Origin: Eledone cirrhosa
Lineage: Eukaryota
Length of the DNA: 64,000 bases
Direction: 5' to 3'
Assembly: GCA_964016885.1 (NCBI GenBank)
Contig: OZ024741.1
Coordinates: 10,540,001 to 10,604,000, forward strand
The number at the start of each line of letters is the position of its first letter. Position 1 is the first letter of the stretch. Under the pieces are notes generated by a model that made no database searches, had not been told where the DNA came from, and saw only the letters and a program-made list of their open reading frames with translations. Positions 35,935 to 48,484 of this stretch are shown here, in pieces. Made by a program: the position numbers and the translations under genes.

Positions 35935-37570
35935 AACACCACCTCACTACCACCACCACCACCTCACTACAACCACCACCACCACTTCACTACTACCATC
36001 ACCTCACTACCACCACCACCTCACTACCAACTCACTACTACCACACTACCACCACCACCTCACTACCACCACCACCTCACCACCAACACCACCTCACAAC
36101 CACCACCACCTCACTACCACCACCACCTCACTACCACCTCACTACCACCACCACCTCAACACCACCTCACTACTACCATCACCTCACTACCAACTCACTA
36201 CTACCACACTACCACCACCTCCTCACTACCACCTCACTACCACCACCACCTCAACACCACCTCACTACTACCATCACCTCACTACCACCACCACCTCACT
36301 ACCACCTCACTACCACCACCACCTCACCACCAACACCACCTCACAACCACCACCACCTCACTACCACCACCACCTCACTACCACCTCACTACCACCACCA
36401 CCTCAACACCACCTCACTACTACCATCACCTCACTACCAACTCACTACTACCACACTACCACCACCTCCTCACTACCACCTCACTACCACCACCACCTCA
36501 ACACCACCTCACTACTACCATCACCTCACTACCACCACCACCTCACTACCACCTCACTACCACCACCACCTCACCACCAACACCACCTCACTACCACCAC
36601 CACCTCACTACCACCTCACTACCACCACCACCTCACCACCAACACCACCTCACAACCACCACCACCTCACTACGACCACCACCACCTCACTACGACCACC
36701 ACCACCTCACTACCACCACCACCTCACCACCAACACCACCTCACAACCACCACCACCTCACTACCACCACCACCACCTCACTACCACCACCACCTCACCA
36801 CCAACACCACCTCACAACCACCACCACCTCACTACCACCACCTCCTCACTACCACCTCACTACCACCACCCCCACCACCTCACAACCACCACCTCACTAC
36901 CACCACCACCTCACTACCACCTCACTACCACCACAACCTCACCACCAACACCACCTCACAACCACCACCACCTCACTACCACCACCACCACCTCACTACC
37001 ACCTCACTACCACCACCACCTCACTACCACCACCAGCTCACTACCACCTCACTACCACCACCACCTCACCACCAACACCACCTCACTACCACCACCATCT
37101 GACTACCACCTCACTACCACCACCACCTCACTACCACCTCACTACCACCACCACCTCACTACCACCACCACCTCACTACCAACACCATCTGACTACCACC
37201 TCACTACCACCACCATCTGACTACCACCTCACTACCACCACCACCTCACTACAACACCAATACTACAACACCAACACAACAACCAACACTACAACACTAC
37301 ATCCACCAACACTACAATACCAACACTACACCATCACAACCACCAACACTACAACACTAACACTACAACACCAACACTACAACACCAACACTACAACACC
37401 AACACAACAACCAACACTACAACACTACAACCACCAACACTACAATACCAACACTACACCATCACAACCACCAACACTACAACACTAACACTACAACACC
37501 AACACTACAACACCAACACTACAACACCAACACTACAACAACAACACAACCACTACAACTACCACTACCA
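35935..37570. repeat. C/A-rich minisatellites (accacctcactaccacc-type, then caacactacaacac-type from ~37,255)
   Basis: Read directly. Confidence 0.9.
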
Positions 37571-37693
37571 CTCACATAAACGAAATTATGAATACGCACA
37601 ACCACTTGTACAGACAAACATCGTACACACATACATACATACATACATACATACATACATACATACATACATACATACATACATACATACATA

Positions 37694-38304
37694 CAGTAAA
37701 AACCCCAATAAAATTCAGGCATAACAGACCAGATATTATGATATGGGACAGGGAGAAGAAAACATGCACAGTAGTGGAAATTAGCTGCCCAGCAGATGCC
37801 AATATAATATCAAAGATTAGTGAAAAGGAGAATATTTATGTAGAACTGATGAGAAATCTGCAGATACTCCACCCTGATTACACCTTCAGATTTATGCCTG
37901 GTATTATTGGGGCACTGGGGTATGTTAGTAACTGCGTCAATACAAATCTTGAGAAGCTAGGCTTCACAGGAACAGAAAGAATACAACTAGTTAGGAAATT
38001 ACAAGTACAATCCATTAATGGAACAGTAAAAATAAGTAAAACATTCCAAAAATGTTACATCTAATAACTGCATATACACATGTACAGATACAAAGCATAT
38101 ACACATGCAAACATACAATTCAAAACATACACATCCACACATACAATAACATCCATATCTACACATGCATGCAGACATGCAGACATGCAGACATATCTAC
38201 CTAGTTGATGTTGTGTAAATTCCAATGAGAGAGTCTTGTGTTTATGTTAGAAACCGATTCTCTCAGTATTGGTAAAACTTTGTGAAATTATAAAACCAGA
38301 AGAA
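37694..38304 (+). mobile_element. 5'-truncated R4/Dong-clade non-LTR retrotransposon, copy 1 (REL endonuclease C-terminus + 3' UTR), flanked by (CATA)n
   Basis: ORF 37588..38064 contains HNRPDIMIWDREKKTCTVVEISCP...KENIY, a restriction-like PD-(D/E) endonuclease motif. The 3' UTR ends ...aaaaccagaagaa(cata)n, as in the other copies. Confidence 0.88.
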
Positions 38305-38349
38305 CATACATACATAAATAAATACATACATACGTACATACATACATAC

Positions 38350-39991
38350 AATGGCGACCGTTGTGGTCAGTGTCCGATAATCGGACGTGTGTAATTACGG
38401 CTTACATGAAGGCAACATACCATATATTGGAAAAAGTTGAGCTACATTACGCAGTAAGATTACATACAATAATTCTACATAAGTGTTTGAACTGTAAGTG
38501 TGTTGTAAAACACCTATTTATATGAACGATACATACACTTATGATTTATGAACGATACATACACTTTAACATATAAATGCAACGTTGTTATATTACATAT
38601 GTAAAGAAATATGCAAGTAACGTTTTCGATTCAGAAACAAAAACATATGTGTTTGAACTGTGAATATGTTGTGAATATGTTGTAGAACACCTATTTATAT
38701 GAATGATACATAAACTTTAACATATAAATACAGCGTTGTTATATTATATTACATTCATAAAGAAATATATTAAGTAACGGTTTTTTTGTTTTGTTTTTTT
38801 TTTGTTCTCGATTCAAACGATTCAAGAACAACGTTTAAAACACAGTTGTAGAATTAAAAACTAACTGAAAAGAAATATTACCCAAGCTGTGAATAACTTT
38901 AAATTTGATTCTGACAGAACTTTGTCGAAACTTTTAAAGAAGATCATCGACTATTTTGAAAAATAAATACAAAATATTAGTGAATAGACGAACTCATCAT
39001 GGCAACAAGTATAAGTCTCCTTCGACCAAATCGCAACTACAACCGTTGTATACAGTGGAGCTACGAGCTTAACAAAGAATTATATGAATCATACAAACAA
39101 TCTGAACCCTAAAAGTTGGGTTTTATGCAAAGGCTAAAAACTTTATGAAACTCCAAACACCCAGAATTAGACTTTTCTCCAAAGCATTTAAATCAACAGG
39201 CAAAATGTATCATTAGATGTAAATTGATACATCTAACGGAATTGAGTGATACTACAAATACAGCCCTTGTAGACAACCACCTCACCTCCACTGACAGACA
39301 AAGAGAATGGCCAGCTAAATCTAACAGTGAACAGCTCACCAACAATTTTGCTGAAATCCATCCCACTTCCACTGAAGAACAGCGAGAATGGTCAGCTAAC
39401 TCTAGTAGTAATTGTCACCACATCAACAACGAAGCTGAAATTCATGACTCTACTGTACAAACAGAACACCAAAAGCTTGTGGACACCTTACAAGTGATAT
39501 GGGACGATATGTTTCAAGAGATACACAGCCTTAATGTGAGTGACAGACCATACAACACCAGAATCAGTAAAGAACTCACTAAATTGGAATTGGAAGCGGT
39601 GAACGAAATAGCTGGCAATTATCTGAAGGCTATACGATCTAAAGGTGTAGAAACGACATTTGAAACGACAGTTTCAGCTGTCCCATTGCTATCATATAAC
39701 ACACATCTAAAACCACGAAATCAAGATACAAACAAAAAGCCTGAACCAGCGTGGATGCGAAATTTAAAAAGGAAAATTTTGTCCCTGAGACGAAGTATCT
39801 CACACATCGCAGTTGTTATGAAATGCAACATAGAGAGCAACTTCACAGTTTCATATTCTACAAATGGCTGCGATAGCTGGCACCTTCAAAATTTGCAAAA
39901 CATTCTTGCGATTCAAGGGATGACAATTTCTTTTCTTTTACAACCTTGCCACCAGGAAGGTGGCCGGTCAAAAAAATATACTCGAAATTAA
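38350..39991 (+). pseudogene. 5' part (UTR + degenerate N-terminal ORF from ATG 38,999) of an R4/Dong-clade element
   Basis: My translation from 38,999 is MATSISLLRPNRNYNRCIQWSYELNKELYESYKQSEP*KLGFMQRLKTL*NSKHPELDFSPKHLNQQAKCI, in frame with ORF 39224..39991 (PAWMRNLKRKILSLRRSISHI). Both resemble R4-clade N-terminal motifs. Two in-frame stops; no RT follows. Confidence 0.65.
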
Positions 39992-40338
39992 GAGAAAGAG
40001 ATAACATACATACATACATACATATATATATATGCATGTAAAAGTATGAACATACATACGTAATATACATATAAACATATATAGATAGATACACATTGGC
40101 ACACACACACACTTATGTATATATATACATATATAATATCTCCATATAAATATATACGTCTATACCGATACATACATATATATACACACATGAAATCTTA
40201 TATATGTGTTTATGTATGAATAATAAGAGAGGGGGGGGGGGGAGAATGATTATATTCCTAGACATGAATTATGATTGTCTGTATACATGTATATACATGT
40301 ATATATACATACATACGTGTTTGTACATACATATATAC

Positions 40339-41000
40339 ATGATAGCTACCCCCTCGTTATCGAGTCTGGCCATATATATACATATATACATGGTGGCTGC
40401 CAACTCGTTTTCGAGTACGGCCACTACTTTATATCCATGTAGGAGAACCCCTACCGATGCGCTGAACAAGTGTGACTTTTTAGTCCAGTCAGTGACTTGA
40501 AAACTCTGGTACAAACACTACACTTGTGACAATTATTGACACATAGTGCTGGGCCCATGGTACCACGTGACGACAAGTGCAGAGAGATCTCCAGATATAA
40601 AGCAATGCCTGTGCCGTGAAGCTTTTATAGTGATCAAAGGCACTGCACAAAGCCAGTCCCACTCTCTTAACCAAGATGATATTTACCAAAAAGAAGAACA
40701 ACTCAACATCATTGGATACCATCAGGGTTGCAGGTGGTATATCAGAGTTTTCCTTCTCCTAGAATTCTGCCTTGACAAAAGCTAAAGGGTCATCTCTGCC
40801 GGTGATTTTGGATGGCCATTGACTCTTAAGAGGTCCTTTGCCCTTTGACAGGTTTTGTTTTTAGTCCTGCAGGATGTCCAAAGTCACCCACCTCACCAAG
40901 AAACCTTGGTGGGGTTGCCAGTTTAGTCGCCAACGACCCGACCATGGGACAGGTTGTACTGGGATACATGTTACCAGTAGCACCAACTGATGACCTGACA
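40339..41000 (-). mobile_element. Non-autonomous RTE-derived element (5' UTR-like segment plus two RTE-type 3' end modules)
   Basis: 40700-40945 is the reverse-complement homologue of 44944-45190, including ctaggagaaggaaaactctg (RTE 5' UTR-like). 3' modules with a ctcg..cgag hairpin lie at 40339-40373 and 40390-40425. Confidence 0.6.
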
Positions 41001-41202
41001 TACATATATACATATATACATATATACATACGTACATGTAACATACATGTACATACATACATATATACATACATACACACATACATACATGCATACATAC
41101 ATACATACATACATACATAGATACATACATACATACATACATACATACATACACACACACATACACACAGACATACATACATACACATACACATACATAC
41201 AT

Positions 41203-41536
41203 AGCTGGGCTTCACAGGAACAGAAAGAACACAACCAGTTAGGAAATTACAAGTATAATCCATTAATGGAACAGTAAAAATATGTAAAACATTCCAAAAT
41301 GTTGCATCTAATAACTGCATATACACATGTACAGATACAAAGCATATACACATGCACACATACAACTCAAAACATCCACATCCACACATACAATAACATC
41401 CATATCTACACATGCATGCATACATACATATCTACCTAGTTGATGTGTAAATTCCAATGAGAGAGTCTTGTGTCTATGTTAGAAACCGACTCTCTCTCTA
41501 TTGGGAAAACTTTGTGAAATTATAAAACCAGAAGAA
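41203..41536 (+). mobile_element. 5'-truncated R4/Dong-clade copy 2, flanked by (CATA)n
   Basis: Highly similar to 37955-38304 and has the same 3' terminus gaagaa(cata)n. Confidence 0.88.
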
Positions 41537-41585
41537 CATACATACATACATACATACATACATACATACATACATACATACATAC

Positions 41586-43307
41586 ATGATGATGGCTGCC
41601 CCCTCGTTATCGAGTATGGCCATTGCACGAGAAGAAAAAATATATATTAATAGATAAATAAAAAATAAAATAAAATAAAAAATAAATATATATATACACA
41701 TACATATACATATATACACACATATATATATACATATACACATATACATTAATAACAATAATAATAATAATAATTGTTTCTACTTTTGGCACAAGGCCAG
41801 CAATTTACATTACTGGTACTTTATTTTATCGACCCGTAATAATAATAATAACAACAATAATAATATACATATACATATATATATACACACACACGCGCAC
41901 ACATAAACATATCTATACACACACACACACGATAGCAACTAACAGCGCTGCGATCGAATGTAGCTTTTTAGCCCAGCCAATGATCTAAAATGTCTTGCAC
42001 AGAGTCGGCAACCAAAACATTCACTGGGAATAGCCGGCTGTGGTTGGAGTTCGTATACTTTTGCATGTCGCTTGAGCCCTCCTGCTGATTTACATTCTCT
42101 ACCACATGCTTGGCAAGCATGATGAGTAGCATCACCAACAGCAGCCTGGTAGTCAACCACTGGTCTCACTTTATGACTGCGAAGATGACTTTCGCTTCCA
42201 GCTTTGCTTAGGTAGAGTCTCGCACAGACGCTGCATGTCAACACAATAGGAGGACCCTCGCCGTCTGGAAGTGCAACAGCAATGCCCTTCCTCACATCCC
42301 GCTTTACTTTCTCGTATGCGATTCGAGATGCCTCAAAGGCAACTTTTCCCTCATATACAGTCTTTCTCCATTTATTACGATCAGCAGCAATATTCTCCCA
42401 TGTATCAGCAGAGATGTTAGCGTCTTTCAAAGAGGCTTTCAAGGAGTCCTCATACCTCTTTTTTTGGTTTATGTGGCGGTCGTTTTCCTTTAACCAACTC
42501 TCCATAAAAGAGTTGTTTTTGGTATTCTAGAATCCTTCATCCTGGCAAGGTGATCACTCCAATGGAGTCGTTGCCTAAGCACAAGAGCTTCTATACTGTC
42601 ACACATAGAGCTTTCCAAAATCTCGACATCACTGATGTGGTCCCTCCAGTGAACGCCATGGATCCGTCTGAGACACATTTGTTGGAAACGCTCCAATTGC
42701 TTAAGGTGGTGTCGATATGTGACCCAGGTCTCGCAGGCATAAAGAAGACAACAGAGCACACATGCCTTGTACACCTTTACCTTTGTCCTCCTGCATATGT
42801 CTCGCCGACCCCAGAGTCGCCTTTCTAGCTTTCCGAAAGCATCACTTGCTTTCCTAATCCTAAGTGAGATTTCACTGTCAAGGTTGCTGTATCGATTGGC
42901 AGTGCTTCCCAGGTAGACAAACTGATCAACCACTCCAAATCGTTTACCATACACATAGATATTTGGTTCAGTGTACTGCTTACCAAGGGGTAGGTTGGTA
43001 CATGGCGACGGTTTTCTTGAGACTGACAGTCAATCCTAGGGCAGTGCAAGCGTCAGAAAATGCATTCAAAATGTGCTGCATATCACTCTCTGTGTGCGCT
43101 ACAAGATCGCAATCATCTGCATACAAGAGGTCTCTTATGATTGATGTAAATACTTTTGTCTTTGCAGCAAAGCGCCTGATGTTAAATATGCTGCCTGAGG
43201 TTCGATAACGGATGTAAACACCATGAATGCAATACAGAAAACCATTGCAAAGTATATGGCAAACAGGGTCGGTGCTGGAATATCCCCCTGTTTCCCACCA
43301 GTGAATC
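41586..43307 (-). mobile_element. 5'-truncated, frameshifted RTE-clade LINE (RT C-terminal half + three C2H2-like zinc fingers; ORF remnants 41939-43307)
   Basis: Motifs KQGDIPAPTLF, LLYADD, FVYLGS, RIRKASDAFGKL and TKVKVYKACVL..LLYACETW are typical of RTE RT. C-terminus has CSVC..HLRSH, CQAC..LKRHAKVY and CRLC..LKSYIRSQ. A 3' module (ctcgataacgag..gcagccatcatcat + (gtat)n) lies at 41586-41630, separated from the ORF by microsatellites, so that link is inferred. Confidence 0.85.
41772..41836. mobile_element. Short SINE fragment resembling common cephalopod SINEs
   Basis: tttctacttttggcacaaggccagcaattt...ctggtacttttattttatcgaccc, recognised from memory of Octopus SINE sequence; not database-verified. 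Confidence 0.5.
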
Positions 43308-43400
43308 CATACATACATACACACATACATACATACATACATGCATACATACATACATACATACATACATACATACATACATACATACATACATACATAC

Positions 43401-44416
43401 ATGCATGGATATGTTTCCAGGAAGCTCCAGAGTGAGAGTAATATAAATAAGGAAAGTAGTCTATCTTGGACCAACAACCGCTATATTGGTTCCCACTTTG
43501 AAGGATACGCTTTTGCAATCCAAGAACAGGAGATTAACACGAAATACCTGATTCACAAAAGAGATAGGGATGCAGGCAAAACACCGAGATGTGATAACAA
43601 GTGCAGACTCTGCAGAATTAGCATCGACGATATCACCCATGTCATCAGCAGCTGTCCAAAGATGTCATCGCGGTACTATCTACCTATGAGGCATGATGTA
43701 GTGGCCAAAACACTGTACAATACAGTTCGTAAAAAAGATAGCCTCGATAATAAACACATTAAAAGCTACAGCAATGTGGAAGACATCCATGTACATAATA
43801 TGAAAGAGTACTGGTGGAATGTTCCAGTAAAATCCCCAATAAAATGCAGGCATAACAGACCAGATATTATAATATGGGACAGGGAGAAGAAAGCATGCAC
43901 AGTAGTGGAAATTAGCTGCCCAGCAGATGCCTATATAATATCAAAGATTATTGAAAATATTTATGCAGACTGATGAGAAATCTGCAGATACTCCACCCTG
44001 ATTACACCACCAGATTTATGCCTGTGATTATTGGGGCACTGGGGTATGTTAGTAACTGCCTCAATACAAATCTTGAGAAGCTAGGCTTCACAGGAACAGA
44101 AAGAACACAACTAGTTAGGAAATTACAAATACAATCCATTAATGGAACAGTAAAAATATGTAAAACATTCCAAATATTTTGCATCTGATAACTGCATATA
44201 CACATGTACAGATGAAAAGCATATACACATGCACACATACAACTCAAAACATCCACATCCACACATACAATAACAGCCATATATACACATGCATGCATAC
44301 ATACATATCTACCTAGTTGATGTTGTGTAAATTCCAATGAGAGAGTCTTGTGTCTATGTTAGAAACCGACTCTCTCTCTATTGGTAAAACTTTGTGAAAT
44401 TATAAAACCAGAAGAA
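43401..44416 (+). mobile_element. 5'-truncated R4/Dong-clade copy 3 (CCHC knuckle + REL endonuclease, frameshift ~43,969), flanked by (CATA)n
   Basis: ORFs 43341..43973 and 43973..44188 contain AIQEQEINTK, CRLC-x7-HVISSC, RHDVVAK and HNRPDIIIWD..VVEISCP. Same 3' terminus as copies 1 and 2. Confidence 0.92.
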
Positions 44417-44518
44417 CATACATACATATATACATACTTACATATATACATACATACATACATACACATACATACACATACATGCACATACATACATATA
44501 TATACATACATACATATA

Positions 44519-44828
44519 TGATGGCCGCAAACTCTGCCAAGAGTATTGCAATCGCTTGTCAGATTCAGATGTGTGACGCTCGGATATGGATTTTCAAGTC
44601 TGCTAGAGACCTGCACTCCCTCACACACTGACGACAACTATGGATCTCCCTGGCCTGAGGTCCTGCATCAGGTTGCCCGTGAACCCTCACAACACCGTGT
44701 AGATCATAGTTCACTGGTTCTGTTTGAACATGGCTGCGACTGTGGCTTCTGAGACCAGATTTGCTCAAGCAAATTTTTCCACACTCAGGGCACTTCAATT
44801 CAATAGAGACAACGATCGTTTCGAGAGA
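44519..44828 (-). mobile_element. 3' fragment of a second RTE-like family with two C2H2 fingers
   Basis: ORF 44565..44897 contains CPECGKICLSKSGLRSHSRSH and CRQC..LKIHIRASH. The 3' end ctcttggcagag..gcggccatcat is followed by (atgt)n. Confidence 0.7.
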
Positions 44829-44876
44829 TACATACATACATACATACATACATACATACATACATACATACATACA

Positions 44877-44903
<27 letters not shown>

Positions 44904-44907
<4 letters not shown>

Positions 44908-44945
44908 GGTCATCGGAACTCTCTGCGCAAAACAAAACAGTGGCA
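44904..44945 (+). mobile_element. Tiny R4-clade RT fragment (IWSSELSAQNKTVA) starting at (CATA)n
   Basis: The peptide resembles the conserved post-RT motif (IWxSELSxxNK) of R4-like elements. Only 14 codons. Confidence 0.45.
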
Positions 44946-45427
44946 TGGTCGGGTCGTCGGCGACTAAACCGGCAAACCCAACCAAGTTTACTTGGTGAGG
45001 GGGGTGATTTTGGACTACCTGCAGGATAAAAAACAAAACCTGACAAAGGGCGGAATAAGTCATAAGAGTCAACGGCCATCCAAAAGTGTGTAGATATGTA
45101 TATAGACATGTACCGCGCGGTTAAACCAGTTGGAGTGAAGGACCCCTAGCCTTTGTCAGGGCATTCTTCTAGGAGAAGACAACTCAGGAAACTGGGATAA
45201 CTCCGATATAAAACCTGCGGCTCAGTAGTTACCGATGATGTTGGTCTTTTCTTCTTTTCGGGTTATAGCTACTGTCTCTCAGAGAGTGGGATTGACTCAG
45301 TGCACAGTCTTTCCTCACTTTAAAATATATCTTCACGCACAGGCATTGCACGATAGAATTAATTAATAATTATTAATAATGGTATATCGTGCAATGGCCA
45401 TACTCGATAACGACGGGGCAGCCATCA
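44944..45427 (+). mobile_element. Bipartite non-autonomous RTE-derived element (5' UTR + 3' end, (TGTA)n tail)
   Basis: The 5' part is homologous to 40700-40945(-). The 3' end tcgtgcaatggccatactcgataacgacggggcagccatcat matches 41586-41630(-). Confidence 0.7.
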
Positions 45428-45527
45428 TGTATGTATGTATGTATGTATGTATTTATGTGTGTGTGTGTGTGTATTTGTGTACGCATATAAAACTGAATGT
45501 GTGTAAATGCATTTGTGTATGTATGAG

Positions 45528-45632
<105 letters not shown>

Positions 45633-45713
45633 GGTAAACAGAAATAACAACACAATCGGTACAGTATACGGAAGGTATATATTAGGTTAACGCTTGATAT
45701 TACAGGAGGAGGG

Positions 45714-45749
45714 TCTTAACGTTTCGGACGCTAGTCCTTCATCAGAAGA
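45714..45749 (-). ncRNA. Minimal type I hammerhead ribozyme motif (Penelope-type)
   Basis: Minus strand: tctt CTGATGA a ggac-tagc-gtcc GAAA c g tt aaga. Stem I tctt/aaga, stem II ggac/gtcc, palindromic aacgtt in place of stem III. Confidence 0.75.
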
Positions 45750-45832
45750 AAGAATGAGAAATAAAATAGATTAAGGGGACGGGTGTGTTGGCATTGGAAA
45801 AAATGTCTTTAGATAAAAATAATAGGTCCATT

Positions 45833-45899
<67 letters not shown>

Positions 45900-45923
45900 G
45901 CTCATACGTACAATTATATACGT

Positions 45924-46007
<84 letters not shown>

Positions 46008-46121
46008 TTAGCGAGAATCGCATTTCGGCGGGTAGAAATTAACGAAACGCAACTTCCGTATTGTGCAGACAAGCGCTCCATAGATATGAAGAAGATACCA
46101 GTGCTATAAACATAACTACAG

Positions 46122-46177
<56 letters not shown>

Positions 46178-46969
46178 CAATATATTGAGAAACACACAGA
46201 TACATGCGGACACACACATATACATGAATATATCCACATCCATCCTTGAGTTAATGGTGCCAACCTTAACCGATGTTGCTCTATGAATAACTGGGACAAA
46301 CCAATCCGAATGGATTAGACTGAACCAGTATCAGAGCTAAAAGTACATTATGAAGAGAGAAGAAACATTTAGATATAATTAGTAATAAGATGTATCATAC
46401 CTAAACTGCTTCTAGATTCCTCGACTACGTAGTTTCGTGATATACATATATATATATATATATATATGAATGGTTTAGAACAAAGGTTCTCAACGGGGGC
46501 AAATGCACCCCGGGGGCGTTTCGGAACTCCAGAGGGGCGTTTGGGAGCAAGGTCGCGTTTGGTGGGCCTTTGGAGCTTGAGGGGGGGGGGGGGGCTAGGA
46601 GGCGCTGGAAGACTCTTTACTTTGGTAAGTTTTATAAGCCATTTTTGTATGTCTTTGAGACAGCCAGTGTGAATGCATTTGAATGAGCTTGCAGACAGCA
46701 TAACTATAGTCTGACCACAGCTGTGAGCAGGTGTGTCTAGACATTAACCGGTAATTGAGATCCTAAAAATGAAAAAACCCACAGTCAACTGGGTCAAGGA
46801 CACTTTGAGCGCAGCCAGTTAGAATCTTATCTTTCCTTCACCGATAACAATGTATTTCATGTCTGAAATTATTGACTTAACCGTAACGAGGTAACACTAT
46901 GTAGATCTATTTCATTCCCTATTGTATAAATAATATTTTTAAAAAACCCAAAAAACCACAGAAGCGGGT

Positions 46970-47420
46970 AGCACACACATCTAGGACCACATACAACACA
47001 TAGGCAGGTAATACACACATCTAGGACCACATGCAACACATAAGGAGGTAGTAGACACACATCTAGGACCACATAAAACACAGGCAGGTAGTACACACAT
47101 ACAACACATAAGCAGGTAATACAAACATCTAAGACCACATACAACACATAAGGAGGTAGCACACACACATCTAGGACCACATAAAACACACAGACAGGTA
47201 GCACACACATCTAAGGCCACATACAACACATAAGCAGGTAATACAAACATCTAGGACCACATACAACACAATCAGGTAATACATACATCTAGGACCACAT
47301 ACAACACACAAGCAGGTAATACATACAGCTGGGACCACATGCAATACATGCATACATCTAGGACTACATACAACACACAGGCAGGTAATACATACATCTA
47401 GGACCACATACAACACACAT
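46970..47420. repeat. ~40-bp minisatellite inside the hAT element
   Basis: About 11 copies of acacatctaggaccacatacaacacataagcaggtaatac. Confidence 0.9.
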
Positions 47421-47429
47421 TGTATCATT

Positions 47430-48484
47430 CATGTGCTACGGACGACGCAAGAGCAATGGTCGGCTAACATAAGAGCTTCGTCATTCTTCTGAAGAGAGAA
47501 AATCTATCTGTATTTGCTGTTCATTGTGTCATTCATCGACAACACTTGGCTGCGAAGAAACTCAGCAAGCCGCTGAGCAAGTCCTTGCAGGTGGCCATTG
47601 ATGTCATCAATTTTATCAAACGGCATTCCCTCAATGAACGAATTTTCCAGCAACTGTGCCAAGATAATGACGAAGAATTCGTCAAGTTGCTCCTTCATAC
47701 TGAAGTGAGGTGGCTTTCAAAGGGCAAGTGCTTTACTCACTTCTTTCAACATTTCGACTCTATCATTGAGTTTCTGCGAGGACGCAACACAGAACTGTAC
47801 AAGAAAACCCTCGATGTGAGGCAAGACTGCGCCAACCTCACCAACATCTTCGATAAATGCAATAGCGTCATTTTGGCTTTGCAGGGGAAGATCACCTTGC
47901 TTAAAGAAAGGAATGCTGTGAAAACATTCCTGGCCAAATTGAATGTCATCGAAAGGAATCTTTGTTGACGGGAATTCTATAATTTTCCTAGTGTCGCCAA
48001 TGTTCAAAACATTGTAAGCGATGACCAACTCCAAATTTATACCACTCACCTCCGTGCGCTACAAGACAACATGAGAGAATGGTTTGTCGACCTTTTGCCG
48101 ATGGACATCCCAATGTGGATAGCAGATGCTTTCATAGCTAACGTCGACGATTTGGACGTTAAATTTCAGGAAGAATTCATTGAACTTCAAGCAGATGACA
48201 TGATCAAAATTAGATTTCCCAAAATAGGTCAACGCCTTTTTGGGATGCAAAAGGAAATTCAGCGTTGATTTCCACACCTACATGAAGAGGCTAAGAGATT
48301 TGCTGTGCCTTTTCCAAGCTCATACTTAGTCGAGAGGAGGTTTGGTGTTGTTTCCAGACTGCACAGTAAGGCTCGCAACCGCTACAATGTAATTACACGT
48401 GGAGATCTCTGGCTACATCTTAGGAAAATTCAGCCTCACGTCAAAGAGTTAGCTAGACTCTATGAAGCTCAAGGGTCCCATTGA
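47430..48484 (+). pseudogene. Buster-family (ZBED5/SCAND3-like) transposase remnant
   Basis: CATDDARAMVG, HCVIHRQHLAAK, LLLHTEVRWLSKG and PFPSSYLVERRF..RGDL..AQGSH*. Multiple stops and frameshifts; N-terminus absent. Confidence 0.9.

Noticed and set aside
34705-37488. Poly-S/G, poly-V, poly-T, poly-L and H/T/P-rich ORFs
   Set aside because: Translations of trinucleotide and minisatellite repeats.
40860-41000. HDV-like ribozyme at the RTE 5' end
   Set aside because: Known for some RTEs, but I could not verify the nested double pseudoknot by eye; it needs an RNArobo/Infernal search.
47546-47968. Domesticated ZBED5/SCAND3-like host gene
   Set aside because: It lies between TIRs with a TSD and has stops and frameshifts, so it is a decayed transposon.
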